Notes: a model not told the origin generated them from the letters alone. A stretch of 64,000 nt of DNA from Candidatus Kerfeldbacteria bacterium (GCA_047946875.1 CP181398.1:649041-713040), one strand, 5' to 3'; numbered from the stretch's first letter, positions 30,721 to 41,354 are shown. Numbers and translations are program-made.

Positions 30721-31250
30721 CAATTAACATAATTTGTAGGAATAGTATTTTGTATATTAGCTGTCATTGATTCAGGTATCAATGGAACTAATACTTTTGA
30801 TATTGTTGTAAATAATGTTGCCATTGCTGAGTTATCTATGGCTTGCATCACCTCTGGTGAAAATTCAAAAGTTGTAATCACATACAATATTGTACCTAAC
30901 ACCAAAGCTCCTTCTAAAAATCCGAGTAATCCACCAGCTAAACGATTAACCATAGTAGCAAAAGGTATAAGCCTAGCAAGTTTGAATCCTTGGTCGATCA
31001 TATGTACCATATATCCTACTAACCTACTAATACCTACAAATACAACTATAAAAGCAATAACGTCGGCTACGTTTTCTTTGACCATAAAGAATTGAACAAA
31101 AGTTGATATTTCTGGATATAAATTTGAGGCTGCCACTATACCAACAACAACTCCAATGATTGCGCCAAGTGTATGAATTAAACCAAGATAAAATCCAGCT
31201 CCAACGAAGCCAAAGAAAATTATTAATAAAACTAAATCAAGTGTACCCAT
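30720..31250 (-). CDS. CvpA family membrane protein
   Basis: LDLVLL..GFYLGLI, NRLAGGLLGFLEG. Confidence 0.88.
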   Translation of the reverse strand: MGTLDLVLLIIFFGFVGAGFYLGLIHTLGAIIGVVVGIVAASNLYPEISTFVQFFMVKENVADVIAFIVVFVGISRLVGYMVHMIDQGFKLARLIPFATMVNRLAGGLLGFLEGALVLGTILYVITTFEFSPEVMQAIDNSAMATLFTTISKVLVPLIPESMTANIQNTIPTNYVN

Positions 31251-31265
31251 AAATATAAACTTAAA

Positions 31266-32693
31266 TTATAATCTTTTGAAAAGTGGATCTCCTTTTACAA
31301 TCTTATCACTACTTAGACTACCAATAATTATATCGGCTGTATGTGGCATAAATGGTTTTATCTCAGCTGCAAAGGCAAATAAGAAACTTGCCAAATCACT
31401 AAGTAAATCCTCTAGCGCAGTTTGTCTGTCCGGGTCTTTTGCCATCTTCCAAGGCTCATTCTCATCGATAGTTTGATTTGCTTTAGCTATCGTCTGCCAT
31501 AACTCTTTCAAAGCTTCATCAAATTGCAATTTTTCAATTCTTTCTCCGATAAGCTCAAGGCTGATTGGTGAATCTACTTGTTTAGGAATTTTACCGTCTG
31601 TATATTTCTCAATCATATTCAAAACTCGACTAACTAGATTACCAAGATTATTTGCAAGATCGGCATTATATTTTTCTTTGAACAAAGATTTTTTTATATC
31701 ACCATCATTACCAAATGGAAATTGAGTTAATAGTAAATACCTAGTTGCATCAACACCAAACTCCTCTATCATCTCATTGGGATGTATAACATTGCCAAGC
31801 GATTTACTCATTTTCTGGCCATCCAAACTAAAAAATCCATGTGCATAAATTAATCCTGGTAATTTTTCTCCTGCCGCTAACAACATGGCTGGCCAATATA
31901 CTGCATGAAATTTAATAATATCTTTAGCCATTAGATGTACATCGGCAGGCCACCATTTATTAAATTCCTTATCATCGCGACCATAACCAATAGCAGAAAT
32001 GTAATTTTGTAATGCTTCTACCCAAACATAAACTTTTTGCGTTTTATCTACAGAAAAATCAAGTCCCCACTTCACTCTCTCTCTAGTCACCGAAAAATCT
32101 TTAAGCTCTTGCTTTATCAAACCGAGTACCTCATTTTTTCTTGCTTCTGGAAGTACTTTTATTTTATCAGTTTCAATTAATTTTTTTACTTCAGGTAAAT
32201 ATTTTTCTAATCGAAAAAACCAGTTCTTCTCTTTCACTACTTCTGGCTTTTTATTATGATCTGGACATTTACCATCTACTAATTCTTTTTCCGTAAGAAA
32301 ATCTTCACAACCATTACAATACAACCCTTCATAGTCCCCTTGATATAAAGCATCAACTTTTTCCAATTTCTCCAAAAATTTATTTACTGACTCCTGGTGT
32401 TTAGGATCAGTTGTCCGCATAAAAATATCATTAGTGATATTAAGTTTCTGAAAAGCATCCTTAAAATCATTAGCATTCTTATCGACAAAATCTTGTACAT
32501 CTACTCCATTTTTCTCAGCGCTTTCTGCTACCTTGTCGCCATGCTCATCAGTACCGGTCAAGAAAAAAACATCATAATCTTTCTGACGATAATAACGTGC
32601 CAAAACATCCGCCGCAATCGTAGTATAAGCACTACCGATATGTGGCTTATCATTTACATAATATATAGGCGTAGTTATGTAGAACTTTTTCAT
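31266..32693 (-). CDS. metG: Methionine--tRNA ligase
   Basis: YITTPIYYVN, HIGS, GTDEHG, KMSKS. Confidence 0.98.
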   Translation of the reverse strand: MKKFYITTPIYYVNDKPHIGSAYTTIAADVLARYYRQKDYDVFFLTGTDEHGDKVAESAEKNGVDVQDFVDKNANDFKDAFQKLNITNDIFMRTTDPKHQESVNKFLEKLEKVDALYQGDYEGLYCNGCEDFLTEKELVDGKCPDHNKKPEVVKEKNWFFRLEKYLPEVKKLIETDKIKVLPEARKNEVLGLIKQELKDFSVTRERVKWGLDFSVDKTQKVYVWVEALQNYISAIGYGRDDKEFNKWWPADVHLMAKDIIKFHAVYWPAMLLAAGEKLPGLIYAHGFFSLDGQKMSKSLGNVIHPNEMIEEFGVDATRYLLLTQFPFGNDGDIKKSLFKEKYNADLANNLGNLVSRVLNMIEKYTDGKIPKQVDSPISLELIGERIEKLQFDEALKELWQTIAKANQTIDENEPWKMAKDPDRQTALEDLLSDLASFLFAFAAEIKPFMPHTADIIIGSLSSDKIVKGDPLFKRL

Positions 32694-32722
32694 GTTTTTT
32701 GATTAAACTTGTAGTAATACTT

Positions 32723-32759
32723 GTCCCGTCACCTTGAGCAAAGAGATGTGGTACGGGAT
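32723..32759. repeat. Short palindromic element GTCCCG...CGGGAT
   Basis: Related hairpin at 30685-30720. Confidence 0.5.
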
Positions 32760-32881
32760 AGAATTTCTTTGACATATTTTCTTTATTATAACTAAAAAAC
32801 TGCTTTTTTTCAAATAAAAATAACCTCACTTTATAATAAAATGAGGCTACATAAATGTACGAATATCTAGATTAATAAATA

Positions 32882-33676
32882 TTAATCATCATCACCGGGC
32901 GTATATGGTTCGATGTTAATCTTATCAACGATAGTTGATTTTGAAACTTTAGTCCCGGCAGCTACTACAACATCGGCTATCAAGAAGCTTTCATCAACCT
33001 TGCAATTTTTTCCGACCTCAACATCATTGATAATTGTAGAACCATCTACTTTTGTATTATCGCCAATTTCAGCTGAGTTCAGAATAACAGAATCTTCAAC
33101 ATCACATTTTTCGCCGATTTCAACATCACCGATCAAAATTGAATCCTCAACTTCAGCACCTTTATCGACATTTGTATGTTGACAAATAATCGAGTCTTCA
33201 ATTTCAGCACCTTCACCGATTGTTGCATCATTTGTTAATGTAGAACCTTCAACTTCAGCTTTGTCGTTGACTTTAACATTATCAATTAATAACGAATCAT
33301 CGACTTTTGCACCTCCCCGAATGATCACATTATTTGCAACGATTGAAGCTGTTACTTTTGCACCTTCCTGAATTTGAGGTGATCCAGTAATAGTAGATTC
33401 TCTGACGATCGCTTCGTCTCCAATCCTACAGCTACCATCAATTTTGCATTTCTGAATAACAACATTAACGCCGATTCTAATAGCAGTATTACCACTGTCA
33501 GCAAAAATTAATGATTCTGCAACCATCGTACCTGCACCAATATACACATTGGGGCCAACAATAGAACCGACACCAATTGACGCCGAATCATCCACATGAG
33601 CATCTTTTGCAACCAACCCACCACCACTATGGATAGTGTATTCATCACCAAATAGGTTAAAAACTTGAGTTTCCAT
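32882..33676 (-). CDS. Left-handed beta-helix-like repeat protein; cassette gene
   Basis: 17-aa repeats (AEVEDSILIGDVEIGEK-like); TTGACA-17-TAAGAT, AGGAG SD, hairpin 32816-32849. Confidence 0.8.
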   Translation of the reverse strand: METQVFNLFGDEYTIHSGGGLVAKDAHVDDSASIGVGSIVGPNVYIGAGTMVAESLIFADSGNTAIRIGVNVVIQKCKIDGSCRIGDEAIVRESTITGSPQIQEGAKVTASIVANNVIIRGGAKVDDSLLIDNVKVNDKAEVEGSTLTNDATIGEGAEIEDSIICQHTNVDKGAEVEDSILIGDVEIGEKCDVEDSVILNSAEIGDNTKVDGSTIINDVEVGKNCKVDESFLIADVVVAAGTKVSKSTIVDKINIEPYTPGDDD

Positions 33677-33816
33677 CTCGTTTCTCCTGAGATTAAAGTG
33701 TTTTAATGATATATAAAATAGCTATTTGTATTTTTTATAATTAAATCATCTTAATTAAATAATGATTTCTTGTCAAATAAAAAAAGACTCGGTTTCTATA
33801 CGAGTCTTTATACGGA

Positions 33817-34008
33817 TCATTTCTTAATAATTCTCTCAGATATTGTTCCAGCAACTATCAAAGCTACTATTGCAACAAAAACAACATATCCACCTGTAAC
33901 TTTTGTAAGTGTTGCCACAATATAAACTATTGCACCAACTCCAATCCATGAAATTAGAATTCCGAGAAAATCACAAAATCCTAATTTTCCGTGTTTTTCA
34001 ACACTCAT
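33817..34008 (-). CDS. 63-aa two-TM protein; cassette gene, paralog 1
   Basis: GKLGFCDFLGIL; own TTGACA (34076), AGGAGG SD, terminator 33779-33809. Confidence 0.8.
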   Translation of the reverse strand: MSVEKHGKLGFCDFLGILISWIGVGAIVYIVATLTKVTGGYVVFVAIVALIVAGTISERIIKK

Positions 34009-34121
34009 GCAAATCCCTCCTTGTTTAGAAATGAACTTTTTACGTTAATTAAAACATATATTTTTTATAGAACTTTGTCAATAAAAAAAGACTCGTTTAT
34101 GATAAACAAGTCTATAAGGAG

Positions 34122-34313
34122 TTATTTTTCTACAATTTTACCGGTAGTTAAACCAGCAGCTATCAGGGCTACAATACCGGTGAGAAATGAAAGAAGTCCT
34201 CCTACTTCGTCACTGGATGCAACAGCAAATGTAACGCCTGCAGCTCCTCCCCATACAGCAAGGATCCCGAGAAAATCACAGAATCCTAATTTTCCACGTT
34301 TCTCGCTGCCCAT
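34122..34313 (-). CDS. 63-aa two-TM protein; cassette gene, paralog 2
   Basis: GKLGFCDFLGIL; own TTGACA (34379), GAGGGG SD, terminator 34083-34113. Confidence 0.8.
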   Translation of the reverse strand: MGSEKRGKLGFCDFLGILAVWGGAAGVTFAVASSDEVGGLLSFLTGIVALIAAGLTTGKIVEK

Positions 34314-34454
34314 AATATCCCCTCAAGTTAAAAATGAACTTTTTTCAATTTAATTAACTTAAGTCATATATACATATTTGTCAAGAATATATAAGGCTAG
34401 CATAAACAACTTAGTTGTGATATAAAATAATGTTACTTTTTTATTCATAAAATA

Positions 34455-35204
34455 TTATTCTGGAAATGCTATTGCTAGTATTATAAACACTAAAACGCTT
34501 GCTAGCAAACCAGTAGTTAGATAAATTGGCTTACGATATTTATGAGCCATTGGTAATAATTCATGAATAGATATGTAAACCATAATCCCAGCAGAGAAAG
34601 CTAACATATAAGCATTCAAACCAGTGAAAAAACTAACCGCTAACAAACCGATCACAGCTCCTACTGGCTCAGCCAATCCAGAAACTATAGCAATCTTAAT
34701 TAATGATTTTTTATTCTTACCAGCTGTAATCAAAGGTACGGCCATAGCAAATTCTTCAGGAATATTATGAAGGGCAATAGCAATAGCTACCATTATACCC
34801 AATGAAGGAGAATTAACGAATGAGTTAGCCATAGCAAAACCTTCAGGAACATCATGTAATATCAAACCAAAAGCTAACAAATAAGCAGCAGCAATAATCG
34901 GCCTATTCGCTCCTTCTCTCTCTTTTATCAAATGAGTATGGGGAATTATATAATTAAGAATAGCAGAAAATCCGAATCCAATTATTCCAGTTAATATAGC
35001 TTTCGTCCAACCTGCCTCATCTATAGCTTCGGGGAATAATTCAAAAAACGAAATCAAAATCATAATACCAGTAGAAAACCCTATACCCACAACTATCAAA
35101 TATGATTTATTTTTTATACGATAAGCTAGCCAGACCCCGATCAAGGTGGTCATGCCAGACAATAATGCTAATACTATTATTGCTAAATATGTAGATGAAT
35201 CCAT
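34455..35204 (-). CDS. ZIP family metal transporter (ZupT-like)
   Basis: LHDVPEG, LHNIPEE, SGLAEP, ELLP. Confidence 0.93.
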   Translation of the reverse strand: MDSSTYLAIIVLALLSGMTTLIGVWLAYRIKNKSYLIVVGIGFSTGIMILISFFELFPEAIDEAGWTKAILTGIIGFGFSAILNYIIPHTHLIKEREGANRPIIAAAYLLAFGLILHDVPEGFAMANSFVNSPSLGIMVAIAIALHNIPEEFAMAVPLITAGKNKKSLIKIAIVSGLAEPVGAVIGLLAVSFFTGLNAYMLAFSAGIMVYISIHELLPMAHKYRKPIYLTTGLLASVLVFIILAIAFPE

Positions 35205-35206
35205 TT

Positions 35207-35749
35207 TTATTTTATTTTATACTTCCATCCCGGTTGCCACTGACCTACTTTTCTCCAATCAGTTTCTATCGACTGCTTCCAAGTTTTATTATTTAATAAT
35301 ACCTCTATAGCTAACTGTGGGGCTTGATGAGCTACTAGAGCCACCTTCTTACCGTCATATTCTTTTTTTAAATAGTTTAAAAAATCTTTAATTCTATTTT
35401 CTATTTGCTTATAACTTTCACCATTCGGAAAAGCATTGGAGATATATTTATTCAAATTATTCTTAAAATGCTCATCTCCTCCATTCCAATCTCCATAATT
35501 TGCTTCACGCAATCTTTTGTCCTGTATAATTTCATACTTATCTTCAAAAGCACACTTAGCAGAATCAATCGCTCGCTGTAAATCTGAACTTATCACTACA
35601 TCAAATTTTTTGTCTTTAACTAGCTCCCCTAATTCTTTAGATTGTTGAATACCTAAATCAGACAACTCACCAGGTAACCAACCAGTGGCTTTTCCTGTTT
35701 CATTATCAATAGTTGTCCCATGCACAAAATATGTTATTTCTACACTCAT
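35207..35749 (-). CDS. Histidine phosphatase family protein
   Basis: VHG, SSDLQRA, RLREANYG, FPNGES, VAH. Confidence 0.9.
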   Translation of the reverse strand: MSVEITYFVHGTTIDNETGKATGWLPGELSDLGIQQSKELGELVKDKKFDVVISSDLQRAIDSAKCAFEDKYEIIQDKRLREANYGDWNGGDEHFKNNLNKYISNAFPNGESYKQIENRIKDFLNYLKKEYDGKKVALVAHQAPQLAIEVLLNNKTWKQSIETDWRKVGQWQPGWKYKIK

Positions 35750-36099
35750 AAAGTAATTTTACCTTTTATTGACTAATCATTCAAATAAAAAAACCGTCAA
35801 TAATAATTATTAATATAGAGACATAGTTTTTGACTTATTATATGGTATTTGTTAATGTAATCTAAACATGTTCATTAAGTTTGTTAGAAAACTTACAAAA
35901 TGGAAGCTTGAGATGAGTGCTGGAAAAATGGAACTAAAATCCAGAAACCAGACGTTACAAGTTGGCAACCGGATATGTATAACCTACACAAGACAAAACA
36001 TTAAAAAATATTAACATCTATATCCATTCTATTCCAGCAACTAACAAGAGTTAGTTTTTGAAATAGAAGTAAGTTCTTTGAAATATATTGGAGGTGATC

Positions 36100-36792
36100 A
36101 TGAAATCACATGTTCATGTAGAAAAGTATAGTCGAGCTGAGTCCAATAGAAGATCAAATTGGTTGAGACATCTCATAATACCAGTGATCATTATAATTGG
36201 TGCAATTTTAGTGAGAACATATTTTGTAAGAGCATATTATATAAAATCCGGTTCAATGGAAGGGGAGCTATATGAAGGTGATTTTATTTTTGTGAATCAT
36301 CTTATATATAATTTCAGTCTTCCCGAAAACGGAGATATAATTGCCTTTAAGTACCCAAATAATCCTACTAGAGATTTCCTTAAGCGAGTTGTCGCCGGAC
36401 CTGGTCAGATTGTTGAAGTCAGAGACAAAATTTTATATGTAGACCATGTAATCGCTTCATGGCCAAAACATGCTAAGTATGTTGATTCTACTCGAGTACT
36501 ATCAGGAGAATTTTCTTTCCGTGATAATTTCGGACCATATGAAGTTCAACCAGACAATTGGTTTGTTATGGGAGACAATCGTGATGCCAGTCGTGATAGT
36601 AGATTCTGGGGAACTATTCCCAAAGAAAATATAAAAGGAAAAGCCATGATTATTTATTGGTCTTGGCAATCTAACCCAGATGCTCCTGGATGGGAATTTC
36701 CATATATTATTGATATAGTCCGCTGGACAGGTTATATCATTTGGAATTTTCCAACTCATGTCCGTTGGGAACGGCTATACACTTCCTTGTAA
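36100..36792 (+). CDS. lepB: Signal peptidase I; cassette gene
   Basis: SGSM, FLKRVV, FVMGDNRDASRDSRFWG; GGAGGTG SD; hairpin 36807-36848. Confidence 0.93.
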   Translation: MKSHVHVEKYSRAESNRRSNWLRHLIIPVIIIIGAILVRTYFVRAYYIKSGSMEGELYEGDFIFVNHLIYNFSLPENGDIIAFKYPNNPTRDFLKRVVAGPGQIVEVRDKILYVDHVIASWPKHAKYVDSTRVLSGEFSFRDNFGPYEVQPDNWFVMGDNRDASRDSRFWGTIPKENIKGKAMIIYWSWQSNPDAPGWEFPYIIDIVRWTGYIIWNFPTHVRWERLYTSL

Positions 36793-36900
36793 GCACATTT
36801 GTTTTTGTGCAGAGGCAGTACTTAGAAATAAGTATTTGTCTCTGCACACTCTATTCTAGTCACTAACGAAAGTTAGTTTCTGAAACAGAGAATGTTTATA

Positions 36901-38130
36901 TTACTCAGCTGAAAATTTCTTATCCAACTCAGTAACTTGTGGATCTACTTGCAAAGATTTCTCATTATATCCTATCAAACTTAATCCATTGAGAGATCTA
37001 ACTCTTGATAATGCTACATACCCCATCCCATATTCAAAAGTCTTACTAAGATCTATTTCTGTAAGATCCAAACTCATACCCTGACTTTTATGCACAGTAA
37101 TAGCCCAAGCCAAACGTAATGGCACTTGTGCTATCTCAGCCAAGACATCATCTTGCTCATCTATTGTCCAAGAAACTGGTTTTACTTTGATTGTTTTACC
37201 TTCTACAGTTTTGACTATTGGATAATTATCTTCATCATCAAAATCAATCACCTCTCCCATCGTCCCATTTATATATTCTTCTTTAAAATTATTTTTTACA
37301 AACATTACTGCCGCACCTCTCTTCAATATCAAGTCCTCTGGAGCTAAACAATTTTTCTTTAATGTCTGTACCAAATTTTCTATCCCATTAGATTTCATTT
37401 GGTATATTTTTGGTTTTCTATTTATTTTTGCCAGCTCCATCGAGTTTAATGAATCGACATCAGTATTATGTGTATAAATTTTTATTGGTTTGATGCGACT
37501 CTTGAGCTTAGCGCCAACCCTACTTTGCAATAGAGTGAGGTCAGCTGGGGTACATGTCTGTGATCTAATATTTTTTAATAATGTAAGAAACTTTTTATCT
37601 TGATGACGATGTTGTTCAGTCAAATAGCAAATCTCAGGATCTAGTTCTGGCCAAGCATGTGAATTCACTACAAAACTTCTAAAGCCCATTCCTCTGACCG
37701 GTTGAAGCTGAAAAAAATCTCCACTCAAAATTACTTGCAATCCTCCAAATGGTCTTACGTCCTGCCTAAAATATTTACAAACCTTATTTATAAGATCAAA
37801 CTGGTTAGCATGTAACATTGATATCTCATCAATAATCAAAATGTCATTATTTTTTATATGCTGTCGCAAGTAATCTTTCTTCATCATTTTGGATATCTCA
37901 CCATCAGTCAAAGTAGTTTTCAGCTGAATCCCAGACCATGAATGTATTGTTTTCCCACCTATATGCGTAGAGGCAATCCCAGTAGAAGCAGTTACAGCGA
38001 CAGCTTTACCTTCACTCTTTGCCCATTTGATAAATTTATTTAACAAAAAAGTTTTACCAGAGCCTGCGGCGCCGGTAATGAATGCGTTCCCACCATCTTT
38101 TAGTGCTTCTAGAGCTTCTTTTTGTTTCAT
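36901..38130 (-). CDS. PIF1-family DNA helicase
   Basis: GAAGSGKT, IDEISM, GDFFQL, PLRLAWAITVHKSQG, YVALSR. Confidence 0.95.
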   Translation of the reverse strand: MKQKEALEALKDGGNAFITGAAGSGKTFLLNKFIKWAKSEGKAVAVTASTGIASTHIGGKTIHSWSGIQLKTTLTDGEISKMMKKDYLRQHIKNNDILIIDEISMLHANQFDLINKVCKYFRQDVRPFGGLQVILSGDFFQLQPVRGMGFRSFVVNSHAWPELDPEICYLTEQHRHQDKKFLTLLKNIRSQTCTPADLTLLQSRVGAKLKSRIKPIKIYTHNTDVDSLNSMELAKINRKPKIYQMKSNGIENLVQTLKKNCLAPEDLILKRGAAVMFVKNNFKEEYINGTMGEVIDFDDEDNYPIVKTVEGKTIKVKPVSWTIDEQDDVLAEIAQVPLRLAWAITVHKSQGMSLDLTEIDLSKTFEYGMGYVALSRVRSLNGLSLIGYNEKSLQVDPQVTELDKKFSAE

Positions 38131-38178
38131 GTTTATTTTTTTAAATATATGTAAATGTATCTTACTATTATTTTAATA

Positions 38179-38700
38179 CTAAAACAAGTTTTCTATTTCT
38201 TTATTATTAAAATATTGATATGGTAGCTCATGATACTTGCGTGGTAAATCCTGTTTGATGGGATTGTATTTTATATAACTAGTAACTGCTCTTAGATATT
38301 TACCTGTATCTATAATACGAGTGTAGAAACGACGTTGCCAAATATTACCCATATGTAATTTTCGGGAAAAATTTCCCTTGATTGATTGAATCAAATTCGA
38401 GATAGTATATTGATTGGCTGGTCGCACGTTGGAAAACGTGCTCTTGTTTGATGGCACAAACTGTTGAATATCCTTCGAGAGCACCCTTTCTAGGGTGCGA
38501 TCAACATATACCAACAAATGAATATAATCTGGCATTATTTGATATGCTAAAATATTATACCCTTTTAATCTACCCACATTGAATATGATGTCCGATAATA
38601 ATTTCGTCATTTTTTAATCCTCAAATAATTGATATCCTTCCCTGATACGAAAGGTAATAAAATATGGATATTTATTTTGATATATTCTACGTTGTGTCAT
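38179..38700 (-). pseudogene. IS200/REP-associated tyrosine (Y1) transposase, inactivated
   Basis: MTQRRIYQ..PYFITF..ED*KMTK in-frame stop; HUH altered to PDYIH; IWQRRFY..YIKYNP. Confidence 0.8.
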
Positions 38701-38863
38701 AAAAAACTTCCCTTTTCTATTTGGGAAGGTTTTATACTATTATCTTACCACTCGTTCCAAATATATTCAATCATTATTGACAAAGTATATTATTTATTAT
38801 AAGTTTAGTTGAAAATATTAAACAGTTCTTTAATAATCATCAACCTCGAAAGGAGGTAATATC

Positions 38864-39532
38864 ATGAAACAAGAGACTAAGAAAAAACTCTACAAATTCT
38901 TAGCAATAGGAACCTTAATTCTTAGCCTTATAGCATTTATCATTTATGCTATTTATCGTTTTTTTAAATTTGTTACCTCTGGAACTCTTGAGGGTACTTT
39001 ATGGGGAATTGGTGTTATCATCGTTCCAATTCTCTTGTTTATCCTTATTTCAAGGATACGTGGTGAGTTATACCAACAAGAACGAGCTAAAATAAACCAA
39101 CAACGAAAAGAGAGAGAAGAAAAATTAGAGAGAGAAGAACGCAAGAGAAAAGCCGAAGCAGAAGCAAGAGAAAAATCAGAGAGAGAAGAACGCAAGAGAA
39201 AAGCCGAAGCAGAAGCAAAGGAGGCAAAGAGAAGAGGTATCTGCGTTTGCTGTGAAAAACCATCCAAAAATTTAGATTCTTTGGCATGGTGTAATAATTG
39301 TATTCTTGAGGTTGAACGTATAAAAAGAAAAAGAAAAGAGAAACCGCTACGTGATGCTGAAGAAGCTGGTAAGGATGTATGTTGGGAATGCGAATCTATT
39401 AACCCTAATAGATTCAGAACAGGTGAATGCATACAATGCTCAAATAGATGTCGCTGTGGAGCACCCTTCACTAGACACAACCCTAGCTTAGGCGGAGAAT
39501 GCGTTGACTGTTTTCTTGATTATGATGACTAA
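38864..39532 (+). CDS. Two-TM, coiled-coil, Cys-rich (Zn-ribbon-like) protein; cassette gene
   Basis: TTGACA-17-TAAGTT, AGTTCTTTAATAA, AAGGAGGT SD, several CxxC, terminator 39533-39561. Confidence 0.8.
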   Translation: MKQETKKKLYKFLAIGTLILSLIAFIIYAIYRFFKFVTSGTLEGTLWGIGVIIVPILLFILISRIRGELYQQERAKINQQRKEREEKLEREERKRKAEAEAREKSEREERKRKAEAEAKEAKRRGICVCCEKPSKNLDSLAWCNNCILEVERIKRKRKEKPLRDAEEAGKDVCWECESINPNRFRTGECIQCSNRCRCGAPFTRHNPSLGGECVDCFLDYDD

Positions 39533-39596
39533 AAAGCCTGGTAGTTTACTACGAGGCTTTTATTATTTCTATAAAAAATAGAAAACTTTAATCTTA

Positions 39597-40259
39597 TCAT
39601 TTATAAATTGTTGTATTCTCAGAGCTCATCGATCCTGAATTCATAATCTTAAAATGCTCCTTGGTATGTAATATGTAATCAAGAATGATTTTTGCAATAA
39701 TCAATAGACCGGCCAATATCCGGCCTGCTCCCAGTATTCCGATCAAAAAACCACTCCCCATAATTATGGCATGCATGACAACGACTCGGCCGTATGGCTT
39801 GAACATTTGTTCCCCGGGGGAAATCTTTTTATACTCCCCTCGCTCAATGAAATTAGTCTTATATGAAACACCGTGACTAATAAGCAGACCCGTGAACATT
39901 ACTACTATTCCCCAAATTGAAACATCCATACTGCTGCCTGAAAATGTATCTGATCCGAAAAGCGCGAAGACAAAAATACCATGAACCAAAGTAAAAATAC
40001 CGAAATGCATGATGAAAAAAGCGATCAGTGGTTTTTTAGTTCCGGGTTTTAAAGGTTTGCCATTCATGGAAATACTCGAAGGATTCGGCGCCTCGGCCTT
40101 ACTCATTTTGATAATGTTATATAGGCCAATAACCAAATTTTCCATCCAATAAGCAATCATGATGGAAAAAATGCTCCAATCAAAAATTAATACCCCTAGC
40201 AACGGTACTATGTTCGCGCCTATTAATACAATTATTGCTTTTTGACTTTTCTGTTCCAT
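39597..40259 (-). CDS. DUF6498-like membrane protein
   Basis: ANIVPLLGV, YWMEN, FFIMHFGIF, PYGRVVVMH. Confidence 0.75.
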   Translation of the reverse strand: MEQKSQKAIIVLIGANIVPLLGVLIFDWSIFSIMIAYWMENLVIGLYNIIKMSKAEAPNPSSISMNGKPLKPGTKKPLIAFFIMHFGIFTLVHGIFVFALFGSDTFSGSSMDVSIWGIVVMFTGLLISHGVSYKTNFIERGEYKKISPGEQMFKPYGRVVVMHAIIMGSGFLIGILGAGRILAGLLIIAKIILDYILHTKEHFKIMNSGSMSSENTTIYK

Positions 40260-40316
40260 TAATAAATTATTTAAATCTAACCGATGAACTTCCCACGACT
40301 GAAACCTAATATGGCT

Positions 40317-41354
40317 TCACAGTGCGGACAACTTTTGTTCAACACCTCGCATAGTAGCACGTGCGCCCTCCATATCAGGCGGGATCTTGGTTGCGAAATA
40401 CATACCATTACGCCATGCCTGCCACGCTTGATAAAAATCAATGTCTTCTTTTTTAATATCCATATCTTGACCATACCCTTCGAGAAATGCTTCTTTGTAT
40501 TGTTCAAACTGTTCTTCATTAGCTATATTCCTATATTCGAGTATTCCCTTGGTCTGTTCTAAGAATCCACCAACATCTCTTGCTCGAGGCGCGATCGCCA
40601 CATCAGTAAAATCAACCATACCAACATTATCACCATCTGTAGCTAGTAAATTACCTGGATGAAGATCTCCATGATTAATAACTAGTTCTTCTGACTCGCG
40701 TATTTCTTTTTCTCTGGCTACGAGAATATCATACTGAGCCTTCATACCTTGATAAAATTCTGGGTCATATGCCCTAATCTCTTCAAAACTATCTGCATTG
40801 ATTGTTTGCATAATCATTTCTATGGAGCTGTTAACCTCGTTTGAGTCACGATGAATATCTTTTGTATCTACACTATGAAGTTTTTTTGTCAGCTCCCCTG
40901 CTTGGCGAAAAAATTCCAATCGTTTTGTTTCATCTGCCTCGACTAGTGCATCTACAAAATTTTCACCGGCCAATTCCTCATAAGCTAGAGCATCCAACTT
41001 TTCTGAATAAGCGACTGGCCTAGGGACTGATCCTTCGGGCAAAGCTTGGTGAACTACACTAAGATTATCAAAAGCTGGTTTTATCTGATAGTTAGTATTA
41101 CGGGTTAGATAATATATACCATTTTCGGTTTCGTATTTAATAAGGTATTTTTCCAAGGAACCATCATGTTTAGCAGCTAGACTTTTGAACTCCTGCTCAG
41201 TTATCGCACCTCCATCATTTAATAAATCCTTAATATAGTCAAAATCAAAAACTTCTGGAACTTCTTGCCGTAATTGTTCTACACTAAATTCGGGAGTCGA
41301 TGGGGACTCTTTTTTTTCTACTTCAATTGGAGGAGAAGCTACTTCTAGATTCAT
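40317..41354 (-). CDS. APH/choline kinase-like phosphotransferase
   Basis: HGDLHPGN, VDF, RDVG. Confidence 0.85.
   Translation of the reverse strand: MNLEVASPPIEVEKKESPSTPEFSVEQLRQEVPEVFDFDYIKDLLNDGGAITEQEFKSLAAKHDGSLEKYLIKYETENGIYYLTRNTNYQIKPAFDNLSVVHQALPEGSVPRPVAYSEKLDALAYEELAGENFVDALVEADETKRLEFFRQAGELTKKLHSVDTKDIHRDSNEVNSSIEMIMQTINADSFEEIRAYDPEFYQGMKAQYDILVAREKEIRESEELVINHGDLHPGNLLATDGDNVGMVDFTDVAIAPRARDVGGFLEQTKGILEYRNIANEEQFEQYKEAFLEGYGQDMDIKKEDIDFYQAWQAWRNGMYFATKIPPDMEGARATMRGVEQKLSAL

Noticed and set aside
32882-33676. Diversity-generating retroelement or DNA tandem repeat in the beta-helix gene
   Set aside because: Repeats are degenerate protein-level repeats; no reverse transcriptase or TR/VR pair in the window
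35913-36014. 33-aa ORF (MSAGKMELK...) upstream of lepB
   Set aside because: Short, weak SD, no recognisable motif; treated as part of the leader
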